Below, in pieces: positions 1-11,799 of a stretch of DNA of 64,000 bases; position 1 is the first letter of the stretch, and each line of letters starts with the position of its first letter. The notes under the pieces are model-generated. The model was given only the letters and a program-made list of their open reading frames with translations, searched no databases and was not told the DNA's origin. Origin of the DNA: Octopus vulgaris (Eukaryota); the NCBI GenBank assembly GCA_951406725.2, contig OX597815.1:38130001-38194000 (forward strand). The letters are read 5' to 3'. The position numbers were made by a program, and so were the translations under genes.

Positions 1-1403
1 TTTTAAATACCACCCATCCAACAATGTTCACTGGATCCGTCACGATCTTTGTATTAACTCACCTGTTTCATACCTATTTAAAATTTCACCTGGAGATGAA
101 GTATTATATGTTATGATGTAATCTATGAATACATCAATATAATTCTACCAAGACAAGTGTAGTAAATTTTAAACCTATTTGTGTTCTTTTGAATATGTAT
201 GTATATATGTATTGCATTTTAGATAACAATATAATTATTCTATATCGTGTTGGAGATGACTTTTCTCCTCCGTTTCTTGCAGTTTTAGCGACTATTTAGT
301 AGCACACTTGTTGATTCATAATTGATTTTATTGTAACACTGCCATTTGTTTTAACGATCGCTGTGTAATATTTGCTGCTTAAGAGATTCCTCAGCATAAT
401 GTTTTTGCTGAAATTATTATTATGAGAATTTATGATTATACCAAAAAACTGGTAATATTTTATGTAACAAATGAAATTTTAATTTTTCAATTTCCAGAAA
501 TGAACATTTTCCAAAGATAGTAATTAGAAAATACCACAAGTCGCATTTAAAAGTGAAACGTTCATGAATAAGATATTTAACAGAAATTTCAATATGTCAA
601 TATTGGCGAATTGAGTGAATCGTTACAAATCCAGGATTTACTGTGGTTCTCTTCCACCTTTGTTCAAATTTTGCCGAGATCAACCTTATTATGTCGATAA
701 ATTTCAATTCAAGGCCTCCGTTGCTGTCTTTGTTACGTTTATTTTTCTCAGAATCAGCTGTTTTCGCCCATTCACTGCCACTTTTCTACAAATACAGAAT
801 GGAACTGCTATATTATTCGTACCATCCTGTAAAGCCCGAGTCGAGAATAAAAAAGAATAGAGGCTTCATAGCATTTTGTAATATTATTGATATGATTAAA
901 TCATTCTATGCATATAATATGTTTTAATTAAGGCACAACATTTAGTAATTATTAATGGGAAATTAGTCAAAGAAAAGAGGGAAAACTACAGTTGGCTGTT
1001 ATGGTTTTGCACTTACACTAAATAAATTTTATCTTTTTTCAAATCTACATTTGATAAGAAAAAATAGCAGGCATGTTACGTCTGTCAATTAAATTAATTC
1101 CAGTTCTACCAAGTCTCCAAATACTTCAACAAAAGGTTTTCAAGAAGTTAGTTTTGAGGCAAGAATGGAGGATACCAGTTGACACAGACAACATGCACAA
1201 ACCGACCAACCTGTCTATCTAACTGCCTGTCTGTCTGACTGTTTATCTGTCAGTCCGTCTGTCTCTCTGTCTATCTGTACATATATACATATACATATTT
1301 GTATATATATATATATATATATACATATATACATATATATATAGATATATCTATATGTATGTTTGTATGTATATCTAGATATATCTATATGTATGTTTGT
1401 ATG

Positions 1404-1437
<34 letters not shown>

Positions 1438-1438
1438 C

Positions 1439-1471
<33 letters not shown>

Positions 1472-1472
<1 letters not shown>

Positions 1473-2140
1473 CGAAGTGATATCAAAAAGTTTCCGGACT
1501 ACTTTCGTAGCGCGCCAATGGATGGCAGTATACGGTTGTGGGAGCAGTGACCTTCATGAGGCAGTGTGCCGCGTGACACCGTTGTATTTACTTCGCAGGT
1601 TGTGTATGCTGTAGTCTGCGATTATTGTCATGGGCCGAAAATTGGTACAAAGAGCCAACATGAAATTTTGCGTTAAACTTGGGAAGTCTGTTATAGGGAC
1701 ATTGACCATGCTTTGGAAGGCTCACGGCGACGAGGCAATGTTTAGAGTAGTAAGACGCTTCAAAAGGCACGACAGAACCACAGCTCAATCAAGATAATAC
1801 TCATCGTTTTCTTTCTCTTTTTTGTGTGTGTGTGCACCGAGACCATATCCCCCCACGGCCAGACCGTCACTCCACAGTGCTACTGCAACGTTTTGAAGCG
1901 TTTGAGGGAGGACATTAGGCGAAAGTAACTGGATTTGTGGGGCGTGATTAACTGTATTCTTCACGACGACAATACATCCTGTCCTCACTCGTGAGCTTCT
2001 CGCCCAAGACAACATGCCATCGCTCTATTCGCCAAATTTAGTACATGCACAGTTCCATCTCTTCCCCAAGATGAAAATGCAGCTTAATATTTACCATTTT
2101 AACATCATTGTCGAGATCAAGCACAAAAAGCAGAAAGGCC
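1472..2140 (+). mobile_element. Decayed, internally deleted mariner transposon remnant
   Basis: Hand translation gives a mariner N-terminal HTH (QRANMKFCVKLGKS..TLTML..AHGDEAM, ~1645-1740), GQTV..CYCNVLKRLREDIRRK, LHDDN and YSPNL..FHLFPKMK motifs, with stops and frameshifts. Confidence 0.8.
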
Positions 2141-2159
2141 CCGATTTAACTATGTCCCT

Positions 2160-2285
2160 ATAACGTAGCGGTTCGGCATAAGTGAACGATAGAATAAGTA
2201 CCAAGTTTACAGAGAATAAGTCCTGGGGTCAATTTCTTCGACTAAAAACGGCGGTGCTCCAGCATGACCACAGGTAAACGCTTCA
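2160..2285 (+). mobile_element. 3' fragment of SINE family A
   Basis: Matches the 3' half of the full copy at 15068-15470 (GCGGTTCGGCA..GATAGAATAAGTAC..GGCGGTGCTCCAGCATG). Confidence 0.8.
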
Positions 2286-2290
2286 AACAA

Positions 2291-2347
<57 letters not shown>

Positions 2348-2916
2348 CAACGAACTGAAATAATAGCCCAGAGTAGCCAGTGGCATGTGTGTGAACATCG
2401 TAAATATAGCTACATCAATTGCCATACTATATAAAATCCTGATGTATTAAAATTATCTCCGTCTCAAGTGAATGTAGCAAAATTATCAAATGGTAGTCGA
2501 GACCGGCGCATTACGAGAAGGTTAGATAATCTAAAGAATGTAAAAGTCTCCAAAACTGACATGCAGTTAAGGAAAAGTTCGGGCTCATTATACACACACG
2601 TATATCCAAAATGGAGACGAACACCATTCCACTATGAGACTGGCTTGAAAAATTGTTAAGTTATTGAGATATTTTTCTATTTTTATTAATATGAAAACAA
2701 TGCTAGCCTTAATTTACAAATAAATGTTCTAACATCTACACAGCCTTGGTTTTTTTATTTCATTACAGAAAAATTTTTTTATATACGCACGCTGACATAT
2801 GACCAACGTTGAACTCCTTATTCGCATAATCACCGAACCTACGGTCTATCTATGGCACTTATTCAGCATTACCTGACACCTTTGGGTTTCGATGACACCA
2901 CTACCTCTCATAACCT

Positions 2917-2986
<70 letters not shown>

Positions 2987-3174
2987 TGTAAGATCCAACG
3001 ATCTAGGTATCTAGGTGAAGAAAGTTAGTAAGCTTCGAGCAGTCCGTAGTAACAATGATAGTTTATTGCAGTAGAAGGTTGTGGGGTTTTTTACCTATCG
3101 AAGTTCGATAACCTGAAAAAATCTATTTTATTGTTTGTGGCTAGTATCTGGGGTTGCTATGAATGCGAATAAAA

Positions 3175-3716
3175 ATCCAATTTGAGGGAATGGTGTGGAT
3201 AAAGTCCAGGATACATATGTTACTTTGATTCTGTTTAAAAGTAAATACTTAGGTGAAATAATATATATAATTGTCTCACCCAGTATAAACTTGGGTGAGA
3301 CAATAAATGTATAATTCTTTATTCACCGTTGAAAGAGTAAATTACCTCAGCTTAATATTCACAACGAACTTTCCCAAGTCAGTTTCACTCTAACCAAAAT
3401 TCCCTCTCTCCTTTTCTTTATTCTTAACAACTTAAGACAATTGCTCACTCCCGTGTTTTATTTCTTCATACATATGCTTTTTTCTATTTGTTTTACCCTG
3501 TTCTTCTAGCTTTCCCATTCATTTTAAATCACAACTCCTGTAAGTTAACTAAAGATTCCTTAACAACAATATAACTTTCATTTAATTAAGTTATCTTCGG
3601 TCTGATGAATAGCCAGTAACTATTACTAGCTGAGTAATTATTACTTCCAAGGTTCTGCTATCTAGGGAATATACGTAGCCTGGATTTTATCTGCTCTATT
3701 CCCTCAATTTGGATTT
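3175..3716. repeat. Inverted pair of a short repeat (3175-3222 vs 3666-3716) with a central 13-bp perfect hairpin; Penelope pseudo-LTR-like
   Basis: Reverse complement of 3175-3222 (GTAACATATGTATCCTGGACTTTATCCACACCATTCCCTCAAATTGGATT) aligns to 3666-3716 (GGAATATACGTAGCCTGGATTTTATCTGCTCTATTCCCTCAATTTGGATT). CTGATGA at 3602. Confidence 0.55.
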
Positions 3717-4501
3717 ACACACGGACATACACACACACCCAACACACATACACACACACACATTATACATGAGCACACATCAATACCGAAATATGTGAAT
3801 GTACATATACATGCATACATATATATGTACTCACACACATATATACTTATACACAGACATGTATCAATACATATATATATATATATATAAGTATATTAAT
3901 ATACCTTATATATTAACATTTAATTTTATATATTAACATATAAATGCATACAGGACATTGTGAGCGTTAAACAATGGTTCCACTGACGGTTGGTGCACAT
4001 CGTATTCATCATATTCCGCTCGATTACACCTAAAGATCACCTGCCAGCGGAGTCTGTCGAATTAGATTATAAATGATTTACTGCTATAAACTCACACTTC
4101 TACCTTGATAGATATCTCATCCACTTCGCAGGTAATTTTGAGTTCAGTTCGAAGTATCTTGTTCCATAAGATACGCTATTCTATTGTAGTCTAACATAAC
4201 GACACATCATGCTTTGGTTTCATGTTCATTACGATAATGACCCACAAGAATATCAATAATTACAAATGATATTAAAGACATTAGATGTTATATGCACAAT
4301 GCGATAAATCAGATGTTTGAGATTGCATCGGAGAGCTTGTTTACAGACATACACATTCGTTTCTCTCCTTCCTTCTTTATTTCTCGCTCTCTCTTTCTCT
4401 GTCTGCCTGTCTGTCTCTATCTGTCTATCTATCCCTCTCCCGACCCCTTTGACTTTTATATGTGCGTGTCATCATGTATAAGAATGTATATATATATATA
4501 C

Positions 4502-4545
<44 letters not shown>

Positions 4546-4729
4546 ATATAAGTATATATATATATATATTCTCCTTCTTCCCTTCTTTCCTGAGCGTCCA
4601 ATAATACTTTATTTGTTCCACGTCCTCGCGTTGTTGTGTTTTTTTGTTTTTTTGTGTTTTCTTGTTTGGATTAACTTTATATATATATGTATATATGTAA
4701 ATATATATGTATATATATGTATATATGGA

Positions 4730-4802
<73 letters not shown>

Positions 4803-4886
4803 AAAATAAGCAACAAAAATAATCAACAAGAATGAATCCGGATTGTGAGTGAATTTGCTAGAGGAAAACTGTGTGGAAGCTCGTCG

Positions 4887-4947
<61 letters not shown>

Positions 4948-4956
4948 GTATATATA

Positions 4957-5367
4957 CTCTTTTACCCTTTTACTTGTTTCAGTCTTTTGACTGCGGCCAT
5001 GCTGGAGCACCGCCTTTAGTCGAGCAACTCGACCCCGGGACTTATTCTTTTGTAAGCTCAGTACTTATTCTATCGGTCTCTTTTGCCGAACTGCTAAGTA
5101 ACGGGGACATAAACACACCAGCATCGGTTGTCAAGCAATGCTAGGGGGACAAACACAGACACACAAACACACACACGCATATATATATATATATATATAC
5201 ATATATACGACGGGCTTCTTTCAGTTTCCGTCTAACAAATCCACTCACAAGGCTTTGGTCGGCCCGAGGCTATAGTAGAAGACACTTGCTCAAGGTGCCA
5301 CGCAGTGGGACTGAACCCGGAACCATGTGGTTGGTAAACAAGCTACTTACCACACAGCCACTCCTGT
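4957..5367 (-). mobile_element. Full-length SINE family A (tRNA-derived head, CORE-like centre, internal TA/TG microsatellite)
   Basis: Near-identical reverse complement of 15068-15470: A/B-box-like head (TGGCTGTGTGGTAAG..GGTTCAGTCCC), then CTTGAGCAAGTGTCTT. Confidence 0.9.
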
Positions 5368-5407
5368 ATATGTATATGTATATATGTGTATTTATATGAA
5401 TATGCGT

Positions 5408-5454
<47 letters not shown>

Positions 5455-5496
5455 CGTGTGTGTGTGTGCTTGTGTGTGTATTCATATCTCTCACTC

Positions 5497-5670
5497 ACGG
5501 CTGATATCCGATGCTGGTTTGTTTACATTCCAGAAAGTTACCTGATAGAATAATTACTAGATCTATAAAGAAAAAGAAGTACTGTGATAGTCTTACGATA
5601 AAACCCCTTCAAATCGGTGCCCCAGTATGGCCACATTTCAATGAATGCAACAAATAAGAGATAAAAATAA
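5497..5670 (+). mobile_element. Decayed 3' half of SINE family A
   Basis: CCGATGCTGGTTGTTTAC..GATAGAATAATTACT..CGGTGCCCCAGTATGGCCAC matches the family A tail. Confidence 0.65.
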
Positions 5671-5744
5671 CAATTATATGTAATACATATATAGTCATCA
5701 CAACTCTTAATATTATTATCATTATTGGTATTTTTATTCTTATT

Positions 5745-5972
5745 AGGGCGGCGAGCTGGCAGAAACGTTAGCACGCCGGGCGAAATGCTTCGCGGTATTT
5801 CGTCTGCCGTTACCTTCTGAGTTCAAATTCCGCCGAGGTCGACTTTGCCTTTCATCCTTTCAGGGTTGATTAAATAAGTACCAATTCCGCACTGGGGTCG
5901 AAATAATCGACTTAATCCGTTTGTCTGTCCTTGTTTGTCCTCTCTGTTTGTGGGTAGTAAAGAAATAGGTAT
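5745..5972 (+). mobile_element. SINE family B (GGCGGCGAGCTGGCAGAA head; Meta-domain-like centre)
   Basis: B-box GAGTTCAAATTCC, central GACTTTGCCTTTCATCCTTTC.GGGTCGATAAATTAAGTACC; near-identical to 13710-13975 and 56983-57217. Confidence 0.9.
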
Positions 5973-6174
5973 TTTTATTCTTCTTGTTCTCATTGTTATT
6001 ATTATTATTAAATTCAAATTATGATGAATGTAAACGAACAAACGAAGTTTGCTTTAGAAGCGTTGACATGTCTTAGAGAGTTAAAGAAGTGATTTTAAAT
6101 TCTCAAGCGCAGGATAATGCTAATAATATAACCTGAACAGGATAAGCTACCCCTATTTTGCAGAAAAAAAGTGT

Positions 6175-6254
6175 TGGCGGCCGGTTACGGGACTCGAACT
6201 CACACCTCCGTGATTACGCATCGCGGTGTTTTGAACCATTAAGCTAAACCGTCC
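6175..6254 (-). pseudogene. tRNA-like sequence (Thr-CGT-like anticodon loop), probably a pseudogene or tRNA-derived repeat
   Basis: Minus strand reads GGACGGT-TTAGCTTAATGG..CGCGA-TGCGTAA-TCACG..GTTCGAGTCC..ACCGGCC-G-CCA, then a T7 run. There are mismatches in the acceptor, anticodon and T stems. Confidence 0.6.
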
Positions 6255-6329
6255 ACATTATTATTATTCAATTGCACATTTCAATTTGTACATTTGTTCT
6301 TGTTTTTCTTGTTTTTTTTAATACATATA

Positions 6330-6634
6330 ACTGGGGTACTTATGTATACACATGACTTTTGCTTCTGCTTTTTACCATGGGTGCGTGTAAGTATTTCATT
6401 TATTTCTTATCGTACTTTTTACTGAAGAGGAAAAACTCCATGGGATTAATTCCGAAATTGATTCAATATAGAAATAACGAATTTAAAAAAAAAAATTCTG
6501 TTGACTAGCTTCCCGATTTCAGCACGACATGTATTTATAGTGAGTGTATAACGATATATGGAAATTGACGACTTAAAGTCTGTTATCGGCATATTGGCAT
6601 GAAAATAATTTTTCTTTTGCCCTTGTTTATAAGT

Positions 6635-6640
<6 letters not shown>
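6330..6640 (+). repeat. Dispersed ~300-bp hammerhead-carrying repeat (family H1), copy 1
   Basis: Aligns over ~270-300 bp with the reverse complement of 26660-26925; ends in (TA)n. Confidence 0.8.
6410..6480 (+). ncRNA. Type I hammerhead ribozyme, intact core
   Basis: CUGAAGA 6422-6428; stem II GGAA/UUCC; GAAA 6454-6457; stem III AUUG/CAAU; predicted cleavage after AUA (6468); stem I 6410-6421 pairs with 6469-6480 (10 of 12 pairs, 2x2 internal loop). Confidence 0.8.
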
Positions 6641-6670
<30 letters not shown>

Positions 6671-6679
6671 ATACATATA

Positions 6680-6718
6680 TAGATATAGGTATCTTATATA
6701 TATATAATATGTATATAT

Positions 6719-6754
<36 letters not shown>

Positions 6755-6801
6755 TATATATATAGATATAGGTATCTTATATATATATAATATGTATATA
6801 T

Positions 6802-6845
<44 letters not shown>
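6680..6845 (+). repeat. Local tandem duplication of an ~85-bp TA-rich unit
   Basis: AGATATAGGTATCTTATATATATATAATATGTATATATCTTATATA occurs at ~6681 and ~6764. Confidence 0.7.
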
Positions 6846-6851
<6 letters not shown>

Positions 6852-7253
6852 CATGTGTGTATATATATGTTTATATCTCGATAAAATATAAACGAAAAAG
6901 TATATATACTTATTCACACGATATACTGAACAAGCGATATCAATTCTGATACATAGAATATAAATAAAAAGAAACACGAATGCTGATTGAAAGTAGGATA
7001 TAAAATATATCTCTGATAAATCTGCCACATAATACGTTTTGAAAATTTTCATTCTTAATATCTTTCTATATTCTATGGAACATGTTATCAGTATTCCGAA
7101 AGTGCAAAGATTGCACTACAAATCTCTCTCAATCTTACACAGAAATAATATCTTGTACAGAGCACTGGTGCCCTAAACAAGAAATATAAAGGAATAATAA
7201 TAATGATTTCTTACAGATTATAATAATGATTTCACCTGGATATTACTTAACAA

Positions 7254-7940
7254 CCTGTGTATGTATTGAAGTGAAACCTTATAGTGCCCGGATGTATTTA
7301 GTGTCTACTTCTAGTATTAGGCATGATATCTTCTGTGCCCTTAATTATTATTGTATTCTACACAATTATATATCTCTATATATGAATTTTACCTATTTTT
7401 TATATAATAGCCATTGATAAAATTCATTAATTTAATGATTTTATGCTCTAATTGCGTTATGATATATCTCATTCACTTCGAAACAGGTTATTTACTTCTG
7501 TACTATTCTGATCAAATACACACAATGTGTACATCTTTATGAATATTTATGTGTACTTCGCATTTTACGCGTGCTTTTCTGTGGGTATGTATAAATATTT
7601 TCATTTATTTCCCCCAGTATGTTCTGCTGATTAAGCAAGAGTTATCAAACTAACCCAGAAATTGATCCATCTAGAACTATCTAAGTTATTTTATGAATGT
7701 TTGTTTACTCCAATTTTCCCGCTTTCAGCCTGTGTATATATGGAAGTGAAATCTTACAGTGGCCGAATGTATTTGACGTCTACTTCTAGCATATGGACGT
7801 GGTAGTTTTTGTGCTCTTAATTATAATTCAATTCTATACAATTATATATCTCTATATATGAATTTTACCTAAAAGATAATTTTTTTAATGCTGCCATTGA
7901 TGAAATTCATTAATTTTAATGATTTTATACTTTAATTATA
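7254..7940 (+). repeat. Partial tandem (period ~475 bp) enclosing a mutated hammerhead; related to family H1
   Basis: 7254-7455 is repeated at 7729-7940. Between them, 7621-7677 reads GUUCUG-CUGAUUA..GAAAUUGAUCCAUC-UAGAAC (6-bp stem I, G8U change). Confidence 0.7.
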
Positions 7941-8040
7941 AACAATAGGAGAGACCACTGCGTTTTTAAGTATGCTGACCACTGGTTGAAATTGATATAA
8001 TTAGATAATATTAATCTCTACTCTTATTGTCCTTTAATTA

Positions 8041-8230
<190 letters not shown>

Positions 8231-8384
8231 ACTCTCCCTTATCGACACTAATTTTGAATGAAAGTGCTGACGTACTAAGATTGCAAGAAATAAGAGTTAA
8301 AAACTGTTAATGCTGTCTGAAGCGTACAACAGATATACACTGACAGAGGAGATAACCACTCGATGAGCGACTCTAGACTCTAGG

Positions 8385-8437
8385 GCAAATGGACTAGGCT
8401 TGTTTCGCCTGTCAGCCATAGGCTTATCAGCAGTGTC
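8385..8437 (-). ncRNA. Decayed type I hammerhead-like motif
   Basis: Minus strand: CUGAUAA (G8A), GCCU-loop-AGGC stem II, GAAAC-AAGCCUA-GUC. Stem I is poorly paired. Confidence 0.45.
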
Positions 8438-8454
8438 TACTCAAATAGTCGCTG

Positions 8455-8487
<33 letters not shown>

Positions 8488-8547
8488 TATTTGTTACTGA
8501 TTTAGCGAAATGCTAATGTGAGTATTAAGAAATAATATAAACAGCTA

Positions 8548-8853
8548 GATGCAATGTAATGCCATGAAGTAAAAGGTTTATCGCCACCAATTGTGACTGA
8601 AGGTGCCGAAGCACCTATCATGCAAGAAATAATAGTGAAAAAAAAACACATAACGCTAGGCAAAACTAATCCAGTCAAGTGATCCTATAGTCGCTAATGG
8701 GGCAGTCATCTCCCTTGTCGATGTATATATATTGTGCGCTTCATAGAGCATTAAGTGTTTTAAACCCATATTGCTTACAATGTAGGTGCTTCGGCACCAT
8801 CACTCACAATTGGTGATGATAAAATTTTAACTTTATGGTATTATATTGCGCCC
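8548..8853. repeat. Fold-back repeat with ~85-bp inverted arms
   Basis: 8548-8633 is the reverse complement of 8768-8853 (shared CACCAATTGTGA.TGA.GGTGCCGAAGCACCTA). Confidence 0.75.
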
Positions 8854-8876
8854 AAATGCCGATATACATATCTATA

Positions 8877-9165
8877 GAGCCCCTTCGGTCATGAATTACC
8901 ATGGAATTGCGCCTAGAAAGTGACCCTCCAAAGCACAAGTCCAGGCAAGACAGTTTATGGAAGACCAGCAATCACCCATGCATACCAGCTTCCCCTCTCC
9001 ACGCCGCCGATGTTGTCCAAGGGCAAGGCAAAGGCCGATACAGCTTGGCACCAGTGACGTCGCAACTCATTTCTACAGCTGAGTGAACTGGAGCAACGTG
9101 AAATAAAGTGTCTTGCTCAAGAACACAACAGGCATCCCGGGAATCGAACTCAGAACCTCATGTGC
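8877..9165 (-). mobile_element. SINE family D: CORE-like centre with an RTE-type tail
   Basis: Minus strand: GAGTTCGATTCCC B-box, GTTCTTGAGCAAGACACTTTATTTCACGTTGCTCCAGTTCACTCAGCTG, then a GGAGAGGGGAAGCTGGTATGCATGGG..CTTTCTAGGCGCAATTCCATGG tail. The RTE assignment is from recall. Confidence 0.65.
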
Positions 9166-9173
9166 CTTCACTC

Positions 9174-9235
<62 letters not shown>

Positions 9236-10404
9236 TTTGAATAGAGTTAAAGCATGGTCTGCTTTACACGTTTTTTAAATATTTTTACAATGTTGAAGTT
9301 TGTTAAAAATTTTTAATATTTTGTAATCTTCATAAAGTTCAATTAGCACTTGCATACGTACGAAGAAATCATCTGATTGCAAAATGTCTTTAACTGACAG
9401 TTGAGTTCTTGAAATCTGTAGTAAAATGACTGACTTCTTCCTTTTTGTACCTCTTAGATGGATCCAATGGACAATGTGGGAGAGTGGACTCCATAAAAGC
9501 CTCATGTGGGATAGCATAAGCTTTATGGCTCTTTTTAGGATCGGTTTTAGACTCAGATCTACATAAAACCTTTTGCCTCTGAATTCAAACCTGGTGCAAC
9601 AGGGGAAATTAGATAACATTGCATGCCTACTCTACCGCAGTAGATGACCTAGATGTTGAGAGGAAACTCTAGACTATATGGAGTTAAGGATAACAATTCT
9701 TGCTTGAGTGTAGTTGGTGGGACTTCTCCGAAGACCGTCGGTTATTCAGTTCTATTACTACCGGGAAGATATTCCTAACTCTCGATGAAGGCCATCAGTA
9801 TTTCTCTTTGATGCATTTTTCATGCCAGATCACTTTATGCAACGACGCTAGACACCTTTCACGTACAATACAGATAGAATCAGTAACAAATCGAGAGAGG
9901 GAGAGAGAGAGATAAAGTGAGAAAGAACGAAAGATAGAGAAAAAGAGATAGATATATAGAGAGAGAGCAGAAGAAAAAGAGAGAGAGAGAAATTATTGAT
10001 CCACATATTGCATTATATACTATTCATATACCTCTGCGTGGTAAGAAGCCAAGATAATTTACGTGGTAAGAGGCCAAGTTAATTGCGGTGTTGTAGGGAT
10101 GGGATTTCTCCGGAGATTTGGAATGAATACTGAAAGGCAGACAATCTAACGCTCTAACGAATCTGTCGATTCGCCGCCTGCAAGTAAAATATACGATATC
10201 CAAACAGTATAAAGCCAAGTTAGTGTCACTTTTAATCAAAGTATATATAATCATTTCTCAATAAAATAGTTTTCTATTTCTTTCTACTCTTACCATGTAT
10301 TTGTATTTTCGTCTGAACTTATATTTATATAATGGTGGATTCACGTAATATTAAAAGTGGATAGAAAACACAAACATTATGGTCTATGCACATATGTATG
10401 TTTG

Positions 10405-10439
<35 letters not shown>

Positions 10440-11102
10440 AAATACCCACAAACACACAAACACCACATACGTACACTCACCTAATTTATGCGATCGAGTT
10501 TTAGCAATTTCTAACAGCAGCTTACACTATAAAAATCGTGCAATTAACTGGTGCAGTGCCAGCTGTCGGCAAAATGGGTTTCGTTAAAGTTTATATAATC
10601 TATACTCCGTGAGCAAATCATCCGTGGTTCCAGAATCAAATATTTTTGTCAATACAACATCAGACAGTAAGATGTACCTTCATACACCGAAACTAACTTA
10701 AGAACTTCAATATCAAGGAAAAGATATGACTCTACATACGGTAAAGCGATAATTGCAGTAAATTACAGTGAAAGCTTCCGTATTTAACCATATCATTCCA
10801 TCGAGGTTCACTCTATACACGCAATGTAAATCTTATCCAGAATTATCTTTCTCCGTTTCGCCAGGTTCACCCTTATGTACATATATACGTCTTGTGTGAA
10901 AACACTTCCGAGAAGTCCAAAACAGCAGAGTTACTGGTTCTAACGTGCCCCTTTCAAAATGGTCGCAAACAAAACTTGCAAGGTCTAGAATGTATCTTTG
11001 CCAAACACATCAGTAACTCTATCTAAATATCTCACCTCAGTGTGCGTGCGTGCCTCTGTGTGCGCGTGTGTGTGCATTTGATTGTGTATGTGTGTGTGTG
11101 TG

Positions 11103-11133
<31 letters not shown>

Positions 11134-11699
11134 ATTTGTGTGTGTGTGTATGTGTGTGTGAGTGTGTACTCTACCGCTGGGCCTTGTCTTTCGAAAATTT
11201 ATGAAATCATTGTTACTGAAATAGTTATCAGCGAAACACTCGAATGCAGTTTACATGCGAACCTCCAGACAAAAATGTTCTGATAACTGTTCAATATGGA
11301 ACTCGGTCTCTAGGTTGGGCTGGTAACTTCCTTCTATAATTTTATGAACTAAAGGGGCTTTCATTGTTCTAAACTACAGCAGGCCTGGTGTGTTCCTAGA
11401 TTTGGATTTGTAACCTACACTCTTCTTCCTATTCAGCAATGAACGATAACTATCAGGCCATACAGCTCTCACTCCGATGCGTATGATAGCATCCTACATT
11501 CATCTCTACCCTTCTGAATACTAATGGCATGAACAGATAGCTCAGACACGTCGTAGCATATTTAAATTGATTCCTTGAACACGGACCTCATAAACATCAT
11601 CCATTAAGAACGTAGCCATCAGATAATACCAGGAAATTTTAATAGCTACAAAATTCATGAACATCAACAATGACCTTCACATTCGCTTCAAATATTATA

Positions 11700-11799
<100 letters not shown>

